Shown in pieces: positions 52,969 through 61,573 of a DNA stretch of 64,000 nt. Where the stretch lies: positions 328,965 to 392,964 of the forward strand of contig JACRMQ010000007.1 in NCBI GenBank assembly GCA_016214905.1. The letters are read 5' to 3'. The notes beneath the pieces are model-generated. The model made no database searches. It was not told where the DNA came from and saw only the letters and a list, made by a program, of their open reading frames with translations. A program made the position numbers and the translations under genes. Every line of letters starts with the position of its first letter. Position 1 is the stretch's first letter. Source of the DNA: Ignavibacteriales bacterium. Lineage in GTDB: Bacteria; Bacteroidota; Ignavibacteria; UBA10030; SZUA-254.

Positions 52969-53862
52969 TTACAACTTGCCGTATCTTTTGGAATAGATAT
53001 ACCGTAACCAGCGAGTGAAGAATTCGTTTCCTTCTTCCCGCCAAACATTTTCAGGATTGTTCGTATTGAAATTTGCAGGATTGCTTACCAATCCTTTTTG
53101 CAAATCGCGGTAATGTTCAAAAACTATCCGGTCGGTATCGTATTCGTGATGTCCGAGGTGACCTATAAACCGGTGATCGGACGATTCAAAAATGAAATGC
53201 CCGCCTTTTTCGGAATAAGCCAGAGGATTTATTGTTCCGGAGTTTACCGCCAAGCGGAACTCGCTTTCGTTAAGGCCGGCATATCTACTTTGAGGACAAT
53301 AAAAATTCTCTCCCAGCCCTCCGGTTACAGGATGATTGCGATTTAAATTTTTTGAACGATAAACACCAAATAATTTTTTCGTGTAATTAATTTTTTCTAC
53401 TCCAAAGTATTTTGCAATTGCAAGTCCGCCCCAGCAAATTCCAAATGTGCTGGCTATGTTGACGCGTGCATATTCAAAAATTTCCAGCAACTCATTCCAG
53501 TAAGTAACCGATTCGAACGGGATCGTTTCAACCGGAGCGCCGGTTATAATCAATCCGTCTAACGGTTCGTTTTTAATTGTTTCCTCAAACGTCAGATACC
53601 ATTTTTTGATATGATCTTTATCGCTGCTTTTGTAGTTATGATTTGTCGCTCTTATCCATATCGGAATAACGGCGATATCCGATCTTCCAATTGAACGTAA
53701 AATACTGAACTCATACTTCTCTGCTTCGGGCATGACGTTGAATATGCCGATGCGTAGAGTGTGTTTATCGTATGCTTTTATGATTTGTTTTTCAATGCAA
53801 GTAATTCCGTGCTCACGCAATGAGGCTGTGATGGGATAATTGTTTGATAATATTAATGCCAT
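52969..53862 (-). CDS. metA: Homoserine O-acyltransferase (MetA/HTS family)
   Basis: LRIGIFNVMP... with the catalytic Cys in FGICWGG and the His in GHLGHHEYD. The start was set at the internal Met (MALILSNNYP). Confidence 0.75.
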   Translation of the reverse strand: MALILSNNYPITASLREHGITCIEKQIIKAYDKHTLRIGIFNVMPEAEKYEFSILRSIGRSDIAVIPIWIRATNHNYKSSDKDHIKKWYLTFEETIKNEPLDGLIITGAPVETIPFESVTYWNELLEIFEYARVNIASTFGICWGGLAIAKYFGVEKINYTKKLFGVYRSKNLNRNHPVTGGLGENFYCPQSRYAGLNESEFRLAVNSGTINPLAYSEKGGHFIFESSDHRFIGHLGHHEYDTDRIVFEHYRDLQKGLVSNPANFNTNNPENVWREEGNEFFTRWLRYIYSKRYGKL

Positions 53863-53884
53863 AGAAATAATATAGTATCTATTT

Positions 53885-53930
53885 TTGAAAATCCAATCCT
53901 TGGAAATCTCCTCAAAAATCCCGAAATTGA
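53885..53930. promoter_or_regulatory. Phased GAAA(A)TCC direct repeats in the metA / Mo-hydroxylase divergent spacer
   Basis: gaaaatcc, ggaaatctcc, caaaaatccc and gaaattga recur at roughly 10-11 bp spacing. Confidence 0.3.
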
Positions 53931-53954
53931 TACACTTATTCATAAAAATCGCAA

Positions 53955-56303
53955 ATGAAACACAAAATAATTGGTAAGGGAGAACGCAGAGTAGATGCAA
54001 TCGGTAAAGTAACCGGCGCGGCGAAGTACGCCGAGGACTTTAACGTCATGCATCAATTGTACGGCAAAGTACTGCGCGCGAAACATCCTCACGCCAAAAT
54101 TCTGAAGATCGATACATCGAAGGCGCAAAAAATAGATGGTGTTGAGGCGATTCTTACCGCAAACGATATTCCGGGCGACAAAGTTTTCGGCGTCGTCGTT
54201 AGAAATCAAGCAATACTCGCTCACGATAAAGTCAGATATCTCGGTGATGGTGTAGCGCTGGTTGCGGCAAAAACAAAAGAGATAGCCGAACAAGCCGTAT
54301 CATTAATCGAAGTCGAATATGATCCCTTGCCGGTAATTTCGGATTCCGAAGAAGCGCTCAAACCTGAATCAATAAAAATTCATGGAGATGATAATCAGTT
54401 CGTTCATCATCATGTAACAAAAGGAGATATTGAGAAAGGTTTTACCGAAGCGGATTTTATAATCGAGAAAAAATTCAAAACACAATTTATAGAACACTCA
54501 GCAATTGAACCTGAAGCAGTATTGGCAGAACCTTTAGAGCATGGCGGTGTGAGAGTTACAGGTTCGGTGCAAAATTTATTTTCAAGCAGACGCTCGGTTG
54601 CATCTGCTCTCAAACTCGATCTGAACAAAGTTCAGATAATTCAATCAACACTCGGCGGTTCATTCGGCGGGAAGGATGAAGTAATGACGGCGATGTGCTG
54701 TCGTGCCGCTTTACTCTGTATGAAAACGGGTAAGCCCGTGAAGATGGTCAATACACGTGAAGAGTCGATGATAGAAAGTTACAAACGGCATCCGTACGTT
54801 CTCTATTATAAATGGGGCTGTAAGAAGAATGGTTCGATAACCGCGATGGAAATAAAATGTATTGCAGATGGCGGTGCGTATGCTTCGATGAGTCCGTTTG
54901 TAACGTGGCGCTCGGTAGTGCAGGCGACAGGTCCGTACTATTGCGAGAATGTTAAGACAGATGTTTATGCGGTTTACACAAACAATAATTATACAGGCGC
55001 GATGCGCGGCTTCGGTTCACCGCAGGTGAACTTCGCTATTGAATCGATGATGGATGAACTTGCCGAAAAAGTTGGAAAAGATCCTTTCGAGATTCGTTTA
55101 CAAAATGGATTTGAAACCGGCGCTGTTACTGCAACAGGACAGAAGCTTGATCATCGTGTAAGTTTGAAAGAAGTTTTGACTAAATCTGCAGAAGCGGCTG
55201 ATTTTCTGAATAAATGGAATCAATATCGCACACCATCAACAACTTCGAAGCGCAAAGGCATCGGGCTTGCATGCAGTTATCGCGGTGTTTCGCTCGGTGC
55301 TGAAGGAACCGATGCCGCCGGTACAATTGTGTCGGTTCAAACTGATGGCAGCGTGATTGTCTCATCCGGTATTACAGATATGGGACAGGGAGCGCAGACT
55401 CAGATGTCTCAGATTGCCGCTGAAGTTCTTGGCATAACGATGGATAGAATCCAATTTTTGAATACGAACACGAGTCGTGTTCCGGATTCCGGACCAACTG
55501 TTGCATCGCGCGGTACAATCATGGGCGGCGCTGCGGCGAAGAAGGGTGCCGAAATTGTTCGTGCATTTCTGATGAAAACTGCATCCGAAATGACGGGGCT
55601 TGATGTTATGTCGCTGGATTTGAAAGACAATTATCTTATTGATACCAACAACGGTGAACGACTTGCATCATTCAATGAAATTGCTGCGGAATGTTTTAAT
55701 AAAGGCAGGCCTATGTACGGATTCGGCTGGCATAAGTCGCCGCAAACTTCTTGGGATGAACATCACGGTCATGGTGAAGCGTATTTCACTTTCGTTTACG
55801 GAGCTAACATTGCCGAAGTGGAAGTGGATACCGAAACAGGTAAAGTTGATGTTCTGAATTTTGTTTCTTGTCATGATGTTGGCAAAGCAATCAACCGCAA
55901 TTCAGTTCTCGGACAATTTTACGGCGGTGTTGCGATGGGACTCGGTTACGGATTGATGGAGGAATTCGATTTTGAAGATTCAATTCCGAAACAATTGAAC
56001 TTTGACGAATATTTAATTCCAACATCGATGGATGTTCCGAATATCATACCGATAATTGTTGAGAATGATGATGCCGCCGGACCTTTCGGTGCAAAGTCAA
56101 TCGGTGAACCGTCGAATGAATTAGCTGCACCTGCAATCATAAATGCAATTTACAACGCGACAGGAAAACGCATTTATGAAATTCCTGCAACTCTCGAAAG
56201 AGTTCTGCTCGGACATAAGCTCACGAGAAAAGGGGAACGTGGTTCAGCGAAGAAGGAAGAAGTTTTGTCAGATTCATGCAAGATTAGACCGGAGGGAAGA
56301 TGA
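53955..56303 (+). CDS. Molybdopterin-binding large subunit of a second XDH/CoxL-family hydroxylase (E. coli XdhA-type)
   Basis: 782 aa with a/b hammerhead and MoCo-binding domains (GGSFGGKD ... GEPS). It is followed by FAD and 2Fe-2S subunits in L-M-S order. Confidence 0.8.
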   Translation: MKHKIIGKGERRVDAIGKVTGAAKYAEDFNVMHQLYGKVLRAKHPHAKILKIDTSKAQKIDGVEAILTANDIPGDKVFGVVVRNQAILAHDKVRYLGDGVALVAAKTKEIAEQAVSLIEVEYDPLPVISDSEEALKPESIKIHGDDNQFVHHHVTKGDIEKGFTEADFIIEKKFKTQFIEHSAIEPEAVLAEPLEHGGVRVTGSVQNLFSSRRSVASALKLDLNKVQIIQSTLGGSFGGKDEVMTAMCCRAALLCMKTGKPVKMVNTREESMIESYKRHPYVLYYKWGCKKNGSITAMEIKCIADGGAYASMSPFVTWRSVVQATGPYYCENVKTDVYAVYTNNNYTGAMRGFGSPQVNFAIESMMDELAEKVGKDPFEIRLQNGFETGAVTATGQKLDHRVSLKEVLTKSAEAADFLNKWNQYRTPSTTSKRKGIGLACSYRGVSLGAEGTDAAGTIVSVQTDGSVIVSSGITDMGQGAQTQMSQIAAEVLGITMDRIQFLNTNTSRVPDSGPTVASRGTIMGGAAAKKGAEIVRAFLMKTASEMTGLDVMSLDLKDNYLIDTNNGERLASFNEIAAECFNKGRPMYGFGWHKSPQTSWDEHHGHGEAYFTFVYGANIAEVEVDTETGKVDVLNFVSCHDVGKAINRNSVLGQFYGGVAMGLGYGLMEEFDFEDSIPKQLNFDEYLIPTSMDVPNIIPIIVENDDAAGPFGAKSIGEPSNELAAPAIINAIYNATGKRIYEIPATLERVLLGHKLTRKGERGSAKKEEVLSDSCKIRPEGR

Positions 56304-57220
56304 AACCTTTCGAGTACAAAGCGGTTAACTCAGTCGAAGAAGCGTGTTCGGTTTTAGCTGAATATGGTTCAGATGCGCGCATACTTGCCGGCGGTACAGA
56401 CTTGCTCATCGAATTTCGCAAACAAAATGTTAGAACTCCAAAAGTTGTTATCGATATTTCGTTCATAAAAGAAATACACAGTATCGAATCTCCGAATGGA
56501 ACAATTATCATTAGACCTTTAGTCACGCATTCAGAGATCGTAAATTCAAAAGTTGTCCAACAATATGCTTCGCTTCTTACGAGTGCTGCATTGGTTATCG
56601 GTTCACCTCAGATTAGAAACAGGGGAACTGTCGGTGGCAATATCATGAATGCTGCCACATGTGCAGATACGGTTCCGCCATTAATCGCTCTTGGAGCGAA
56701 AGTAACACTAGAATCTAAAGCTGGTTCGAGACAGCTCGATCTTTCTGATCTATTCATCAAGCCGTATCAAACAAAAGCTAAACACGAAGAAATCCTAACT
56801 GAAATTCATTTTACAAAACTTCCACCAAATGCTAAAAGTTCTTTCATAAAACTTGGAAGAAGGAATGCTCTGGCAATTTCACGCTTGAGTGTTGCCGCGA
56901 TTTTAACTCAAGATAAGAACGGAAAAATTACAGATGCCCGAATAGTTCCCGGTGCAGCACTTCCGGTATGGAAACGAGTTACCGAAGCTGAGAAAATATT
57001 GATCGGCGAAAAACCATCAATAGAATTATTCACAGCTGCGGGACAAAAAGTATCTGAAGTTCTGATTTCACATACAGGCAGGCGCTGGTCGACGGAATAT
57101 AAAGAACCGGTAATTGCAGTATTGGTGAGGAGAGCGTTGGAGCAATGTACCCTCACCCCCAACCCCTCTCCCAAATTGGGCGAGGGGAGTTCCGATTTAT
57201 CGGAACTGGGAGAGGGTTAA
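56300..57220 (+). CDS. FAD-binding medium subunit (CoxM / E. coli XdhB-type); the last ~23 codons are encoded by a palindromic repeat
   Basis: Contains a FAD-binding domain (ILAGGTDL) and a CO-dehydrogenase flavoprotein C-domain. There is a 4 nt overlap with the large-subunit gene. The tail TPNPSPKLGEGSSDLSELGEG is read from the repeat at 57149-57218. Confidence 0.8.
   Translation: MKPFEYKAVNSVEEACSVLAEYGSDARILAGGTDLLIEFRKQNVRTPKVVIDISFIKEIHSIESPNGTIIIRPLVTHSEIVNSKVVQQYASLLTSAALVIGSPQIRNRGTVGGNIMNAATCADTVPPLIALGAKVTLESKAGSRQLDLSDLFIKPYQTKAKHEEILTEIHFTKLPPNAKSSFIKLGRRNALAISRLSVAAILTQDKNGKITDARIVPGAALPVWKRVTEAEKILIGEKPSIELFTAAGQKVSEVLISHTGRRWSTEYKEPVIAVLVRRALEQCTLTPNPSPKLGEGSSDLSELGEG
57149..57218 (+). 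repeat. GC-rich nested palindromic intergenic repeat, copy 1 (REP/MITE-like)
   Basis: accctcaccc-N-ccctctcccaaattgggcgagggga-gttccgat-tt-atcggaac-tgggagagggtt. A second copy lies at 63022-63114. Confidence 0.7.
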
Positions 57221-57697
57221 ATGGAGATTATCATGAAGAAATTTACAATCAAGACAATCGTAAACAATCGTAAATACGAATTTTCCGTTTCCCAAAATCA
57301 AACCCTGCTACATTTTCTCCGCGAAGAATTAGGACTAACCGGAACAAAATGCGGCTGCGAAATCGGTGAGTGTGGCGCTTGCACAGTTTTACTCAACGGT
57401 GAAGCGGTGAATTCCTGTCTCGTGCTTGTTCCACAAATCGATGGAAAAGAAATCGTTACGGTGGAAGGATTGTCGATCAACGGCAAACTTCATCCCCTAC
57501 AAGAAACGTTTATGAATCATGATGCAGTTCACTGTGGTTTCTGTACGCCTGGAATGTTGATGAGCGCAAAAGCGTTGCTTGATAAAAATCCCAAAGCAGG
57601 CGAAAAAGAAATTCGGACCGCAATTTCCGGAAATCTTTGTCGATGCACCGGTTATGTACAAATTGTTGAGGCGATCAATGATGCTTCAGAAAAATAA
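57221..57697 (+). CDS. [2Fe-2S] small subunit of the XDH/CoxS family
   Basis: CGCEIGECGACTV...CGFCTPG...CRCTGY. Confidence 0.85.
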   Translation: MEIIMKKFTIKTIVNNRKYEFSVSQNQTLLHFLREELGLTGTKCGCEIGECGACTVLLNGEAVNSCLVLVPQIDGKEIVTVEGLSINGKLHPLQETFMNHDAVHCGFCTPGMLMSAKALLDKNPKAGEKEIRTAISGNLCRCTGYVQIVEAINDASEK

Positions 57698-57701
57698 AAA
57701 A

Positions 57702-58916
57702 ATGAAAAACGTACTAACAATAATATTAATCTTGTGCTTTACATTTCCGCTCTTTGCACAAGAAATAGATCCGACAGTTGCCGCGGTTATAAACAATGTC
57801 AATGCTGATTCGTTGACATATTTTGTTTCTGAGCTATCCGGGGAAATTCCTGTAACTGTAAACGACACACAGTATACAATTGCCTCACGCTACGATACTG
57901 CTTCGGGAAATGCAATTGCCGCGCTTTACATCAATCAGAAATTGCAAAGTTACGGATTAAATCCACAATTTCAAGACTTCCCTTCCGGCGGAAGGAATGT
58001 TTTTGCCGTTCAAACCGGTATCGATCATCCCGGTCAAATGTATATTATCTGCGCTCATTATGATGATATGCCTAGAGGTACTGTTGCCCCCGGGGCAGAC
58101 GATAACGCCAGCGGTACTGCCGCTGTTATTGAAGCGGCAAGAATTCTCAGCAAGTATCAAACATCTTACACAATTCTTTATGCTCTTTGGGATAGAGAAG
58201 AACAGGGACTTCTGGGAAGTGAATATTATTCAAATCTTGCGTCGGCAAAGGGTGATACAATTCTTGGTGTGATCAATCTTGATATGATTTCATGGGACAG
58301 TAATGACGACATGGCTATGGATATTCACACATCATCGACAGGCAATTCATTAAAGTTAACAGATACCGTTCTTTTTGTAAACACAACTTACAACATCGGA
58401 GTGTTGCCAGTGGTAAAAAATCCTGGCAGCGAAGCAAGTGATCATGCTTCTTTCTGGGTGAATAATTATAGTGCAATAATGTTGATTGAATCTTTTTCCG
58501 ATTTCAATCTTTACTATCATAAAACAAGTGATTTATTAAGCGCATTCAATAATGCGTTCTATTATAGAATGTCTAAATTAGCATTAGGTACTATTGCAAC
58601 TCTCACTGGTGTCCGTGAAGCAACTCGAGTCTCGGTTACAGAAGGGACTATTTCTAATTACATCTTAAGTCAAAATTACCCGAATCCATTTAATCCGGTG
58701 ACAACCATCGATTACCGGTTATCGTCTTTGACATCCGTAATGCTTGAGGTGTTTGATATGCTCGGTCGGCGGGTAGCAATTCTTGTTGACGATATACAAC
58801 CTGCCGGGAAACATACTGCAATATGGAATGCTTCTGATTGTTCTTCCGGAATGTATGTTTACAGGTTGAGGGCAGGAGATTATTCGCAAATGAAAATAAT
58901 GGCATTAATTAAGTAA
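57702..58916 (+). CDS. Secreted M28-family aminopeptidase with a T9SS C-terminal sorting domain
   Basis: Signal peptide present. M28 zinc ligands include HYDDM and D..E(E). The C-terminal ~80 aa (NYPNPFNP...VYRLRAGDYSQMKIMALIK) match the Por secretion CTD. Confidence 0.75.
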   Translation: MKNVLTIILILCFTFPLFAQEIDPTVAAVINNVNADSLTYFVSELSGEIPVTVNDTQYTIASRYDTASGNAIAALYINQKLQSYGLNPQFQDFPSGGRNVFAVQTGIDHPGQMYIICAHYDDMPRGTVAPGADDNASGTAAVIEAARILSKYQTSYTILYALWDREEQGLLGSEYYSNLASAKGDTILGVINLDMISWDSNDDMAMDIHTSSTGNSLKLTDTVLFVNTTYNIGVLPVVKNPGSEASDHASFWVNNYSAIMLIESFSDFNLYYHKTSDLLSAFNNAFYYRMSKLALGTIATLTGVREATRVSVTEGTISNYILSQNYPNPFNPVTTIDYRLSSLTSVMLEVFDMLGRRVAILVDDIQPAGKHTAIWNASDCSSGMYVYRLRAGDYSQMKIMALIK

Positions 58917-58957
58917 TTGAATTCAAACATTTCAATAACACAATCAACAAATCACAA

Positions 58958-60238
58958 ATGACAACTGATCAATCGCAAATGACTAATCAACAAGCCGGTG
59001 TAGAAGCAGAGAGATGTTTGCAATGTTTCGATGCGCCTTGTGTGCATGCATGTCCCACACATATTCAAATTCCGACTTTCATCTCGATGATTAAATCCGG
59101 TAACATACGCGGTGCTGCGGAAGTTGTAAAAACTTCAAACGCTATGGCAAATGTTTGCGGAAAAATTTGCCCCGAAGAAGTTTATTGTCAGTCTGTATGC
59201 AACCGTGCGAAAGAAGATACGCCAATTCAAATTCGTGAACTTCATTTCTTCGCGACACAATCAGAAGCACGTAAGAAGTTTAGCGAACTGAAGCCATTTC
59301 CCAAATCAGGTAAACAAGTTGCCGTTATAGGTGGAGGACCAACGGGAATCGGATGTGCGTTTGAGCTTTCAAAATTTGGGTACAAAGTTACCTTGTTCGA
59401 TGAAAAAGGAATGGGTGGAGTTCCGAAGAGCAGCATTCCGTTATTTCGTTTGACTGAAAGTGAGTTACAAGATGATTTAAAATTTTTATCAACACATTTT
59501 TCTGTGAAGAAAGAAAAAATAACCGATGCGAAGTTCAGCCAGCTTAAAAATAAATTTGATGCAATTTATTTAGGTATCGGACTTGGTAAAGACAGATCTC
59601 TAGGATTGAAGGGTGAAAATTTGAGAGGAGTTTATCTTGTTCTGGAGTTCCTTGAAACAGCAAAAGTAAAACAGAAGAAAATGTCTATTGGTAAAAAGGT
59701 AGTAGTTGTCGGCGGCGGAAACGTTTCACTTGATGCAGCGGCAACCGCCAAACGGCTCGGCGCTTCAGAAGTCATTTTGATTTACAGGAGAAGTGAATCT
59801 GAGATGAAGGTTTGGAAGAGCGAGCTCGAAGAAGCAAGGAAACAAGGTGTTGAAATCCGCTTCCTGACAAATCCTATTGAAATTATTGGAACGAAAAGAG
59901 TTTCGGGCATTAAATGCAGACGTACAACACTTTCGAAAAAGAAAGATGAATCTGGCCGCCTCATTCCGGTTGAAGTGAAAGGATCCGATTTCATACTTGA
60001 AGCTGATACAGTTATAATCGCCATCGGACAATCGATTGGTTCTGATATTGTCAACCGGTTCAAACGTAACAGCAAGGGATTTATTGCTGTCGATAAAAAT
60101 TATCAAACATCCATGAAATCTTTTTTTGCCGGAGGTGATGCGATATCAGGCGAAGGGACAATCGTACAATCGGTAGCACATGGTAAACAGGCGGCACATG
60201 CTATTCATAAATCTTTATCAATTAAAAAGTCAAAATGA
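58958..60238 (+). CDS. preT: PreT/GltD-like NAD(P)H-dependent oxidoreductase Fe-S/FAD subunit
   Basis: An N-terminal 2x[4Fe-4S]-like Cys cluster (CLQCFDAPCVHACP ... CGKICP...C) is followed by the Rossmann motif VAVIGGGPTG and a second motif VVVVGGGN. Confidence 0.75.
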   Translation: MTTDQSQMTNQQAGVEAERCLQCFDAPCVHACPTHIQIPTFISMIKSGNIRGAAEVVKTSNAMANVCGKICPEEVYCQSVCNRAKEDTPIQIRELHFFATQSEARKKFSELKPFPKSGKQVAVIGGGPTGIGCAFELSKFGYKVTLFDEKGMGGVPKSSIPLFRLTESELQDDLKFLSTHFSVKKEKITDAKFSQLKNKFDAIYLGIGLGKDRSLGLKGENLRGVYLVLEFLETAKVKQKKMSIGKKVVVVGGGNVSLDAAATAKRLGASEVILIYRRSESEMKVWKSELEEARKQGVEIRFLTNPIEIIGTKRVSGIKCRRTTLSKKKDESGRLIPVEVKGSDFILEADTVIIAIGQSIGSDIVNRFKRNSKGFIAVDKNYQTSMKSFFAGGDAISGEGTIVQSVAHGKQAAHAIHKSLSIKKSK

Positions 60239-61488
60239 AAAAGTCAAAAAAGATTATCGAACAAGTTTATAAAGAAATCCCTATCTACTCGCAGCGCGAT
60301 TTATCGTACGATTTTCTTGGACTTCACTGGGAAAACCCATTTATACTTGCCGCAGCTCCATCGACGGATGATTTAGAAATAGTCAGTAGGGGTTTAAGGA
60401 TGGGGTGGGCGGGAGCAATTCTTAAGACTACTTCAATCGAAGGGAATGTAGTTGATCTTGTATATCCGATGATGAGTACATTCAATCATGATGGAAAGAA
60501 ACTCTTCGGCATGGGCAATATCGATTTGATTTCGGAACATCATATTGATAAGGTTGAGTATAATGTCAGAAAGTTGAAGAAAGAATTTCCAGGAAAAATT
60601 ATTGCCGCAAGTATCATGGCTGGAAGAAAAGAAGACTGGCAACGATTAGTTGAGCGATTGGAGAAAGCAGGAGTCGATTTCATCGAGTGCAGCTTCTCGT
60701 GCCCGCAGGGAAACATCGGCGAAGATCCGGGAAAGATGCTGGCTCAAAGTATCAGCGCAACTGAGTTGACTGCAAAGTGGGTGAAGGAAGCGGCACGAAG
60801 AGTTCCTGTCTCTATTAAAATTACACCTCACGTTACAGATATTGTGGATGTAGCTAAAGCGGTGAAGCGAAGCGGAGCTGATGCGTTGACTGCGGCTAAT
60901 TCGCTTCAGGCATTGATGGGTGTTGATATTAGAACCTTTGTTCCATATCCGCAATTAAATGGTAAATCTACTTACAGCGGAATGACAGGTCCGGCAATTA
61001 AACCGCTGACTCTGCGAACAATTTCCGAGATTGCCCGCAATGTTGATATTCCTATTCTCGGTACCGGCGGAGCTTCAACATGGAGCGATGCAGTAGAGTT
61101 CCTGGCGGTTGGCGCTGGTGTTGTTCAGTATTGTACGGCGGTGATGCACTACGGATTCCGTATCATTGACGATTTGAAGAGCGGTATGTCTCATTATCTC
61201 GATGAGATGAAATTCAAATCAGTTATGGATATTTACAGAAAAGCATTGCCGCATATTGCCACTCATGATGAATTGCCGCGCAGGAAGATTCGCAGTCATA
61301 TTAACGAAGCAACATGCATCCAGTGCGAAGCATGTTACCTTGCCTGCCGCGATGGCGGACATATGGCAATAGACCGCAAACCAAACCGCATCCCAAAAGT
61401 TGATTGGGAGAGATGCGTTGGCTGCGGATTGTGTGAACATGTTTGTCCGGTGGATGGGTGTATTGAGATGAAAGTATTTAACCACTGA
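60235..61488 (+). CDS. preA: PreA-like dihydropyrimidine / dihydroorotate dehydrogenase-family catalytic subunit with a C-terminal 2x[4Fe-4S]
   Basis: The protein aligns over its whole length with E. coli PreA (IECNFSCPQ, GGIETW-like GTGGASTW, C-terminal CIQCEACYLAC ... CVGCGLCEHVCP). There is a 4 nt overlap with the preceding gene. Confidence 0.8.
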   Translation: MKKSKKIIEQVYKEIPIYSQRDLSYDFLGLHWENPFILAAAPSTDDLEIVSRGLRMGWAGAILKTTSIEGNVVDLVYPMMSTFNHDGKKLFGMGNIDLISEHHIDKVEYNVRKLKKEFPGKIIAASIMAGRKEDWQRLVERLEKAGVDFIECSFSCPQGNIGEDPGKMLAQSISATELTAKWVKEAARRVPVSIKITPHVTDIVDVAKAVKRSGADALTAANSLQALMGVDIRTFVPYPQLNGKSTYSGMTGPAIKPLTLRTISEIARNVDIPILGTGGASTWSDAVEFLAVGAGVVQYCTAVMHYGFRIIDDLKSGMSHYLDEMKFKSVMDIYRKALPHIATHDELPRRKIRSHINEATCIQCEACYLACRDGGHMAIDRKPNRIPKVDWERCVGCGLCEHVCPVDGCIEMKVFNH

Positions 61489-61492
61489 TTTG

Positions 61493-61560
61493 CACGGATG
61501 AACACAGATAAGCGATCGGTGAGAATCCGTGTTGTTTCAGTGTCATCTGTGGTAAAATAA
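61493..61560 (+). promoter_or_regulatory. Conserved 5' leader motif, copy B
   Basis: See copy A. It includes an inverted repeat cacggat/atccgtg and the 22-nt near-identical block cagtgtcatcTgtggtaaaataa. Confidence 0.5.
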
Positions 61561-61573
61561 CTAGGAAAAACAT

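Noticed and set aside
54001-54293. 117-aa minus-strand ORF overlapping the metA 5' region and the start of the hydroxylase gene
   Set aside because: It spans the divergent promoter region and lies antisense to the start of the Mo-subunit gene. It has no motifs, and metA has a better supported start at 53862.
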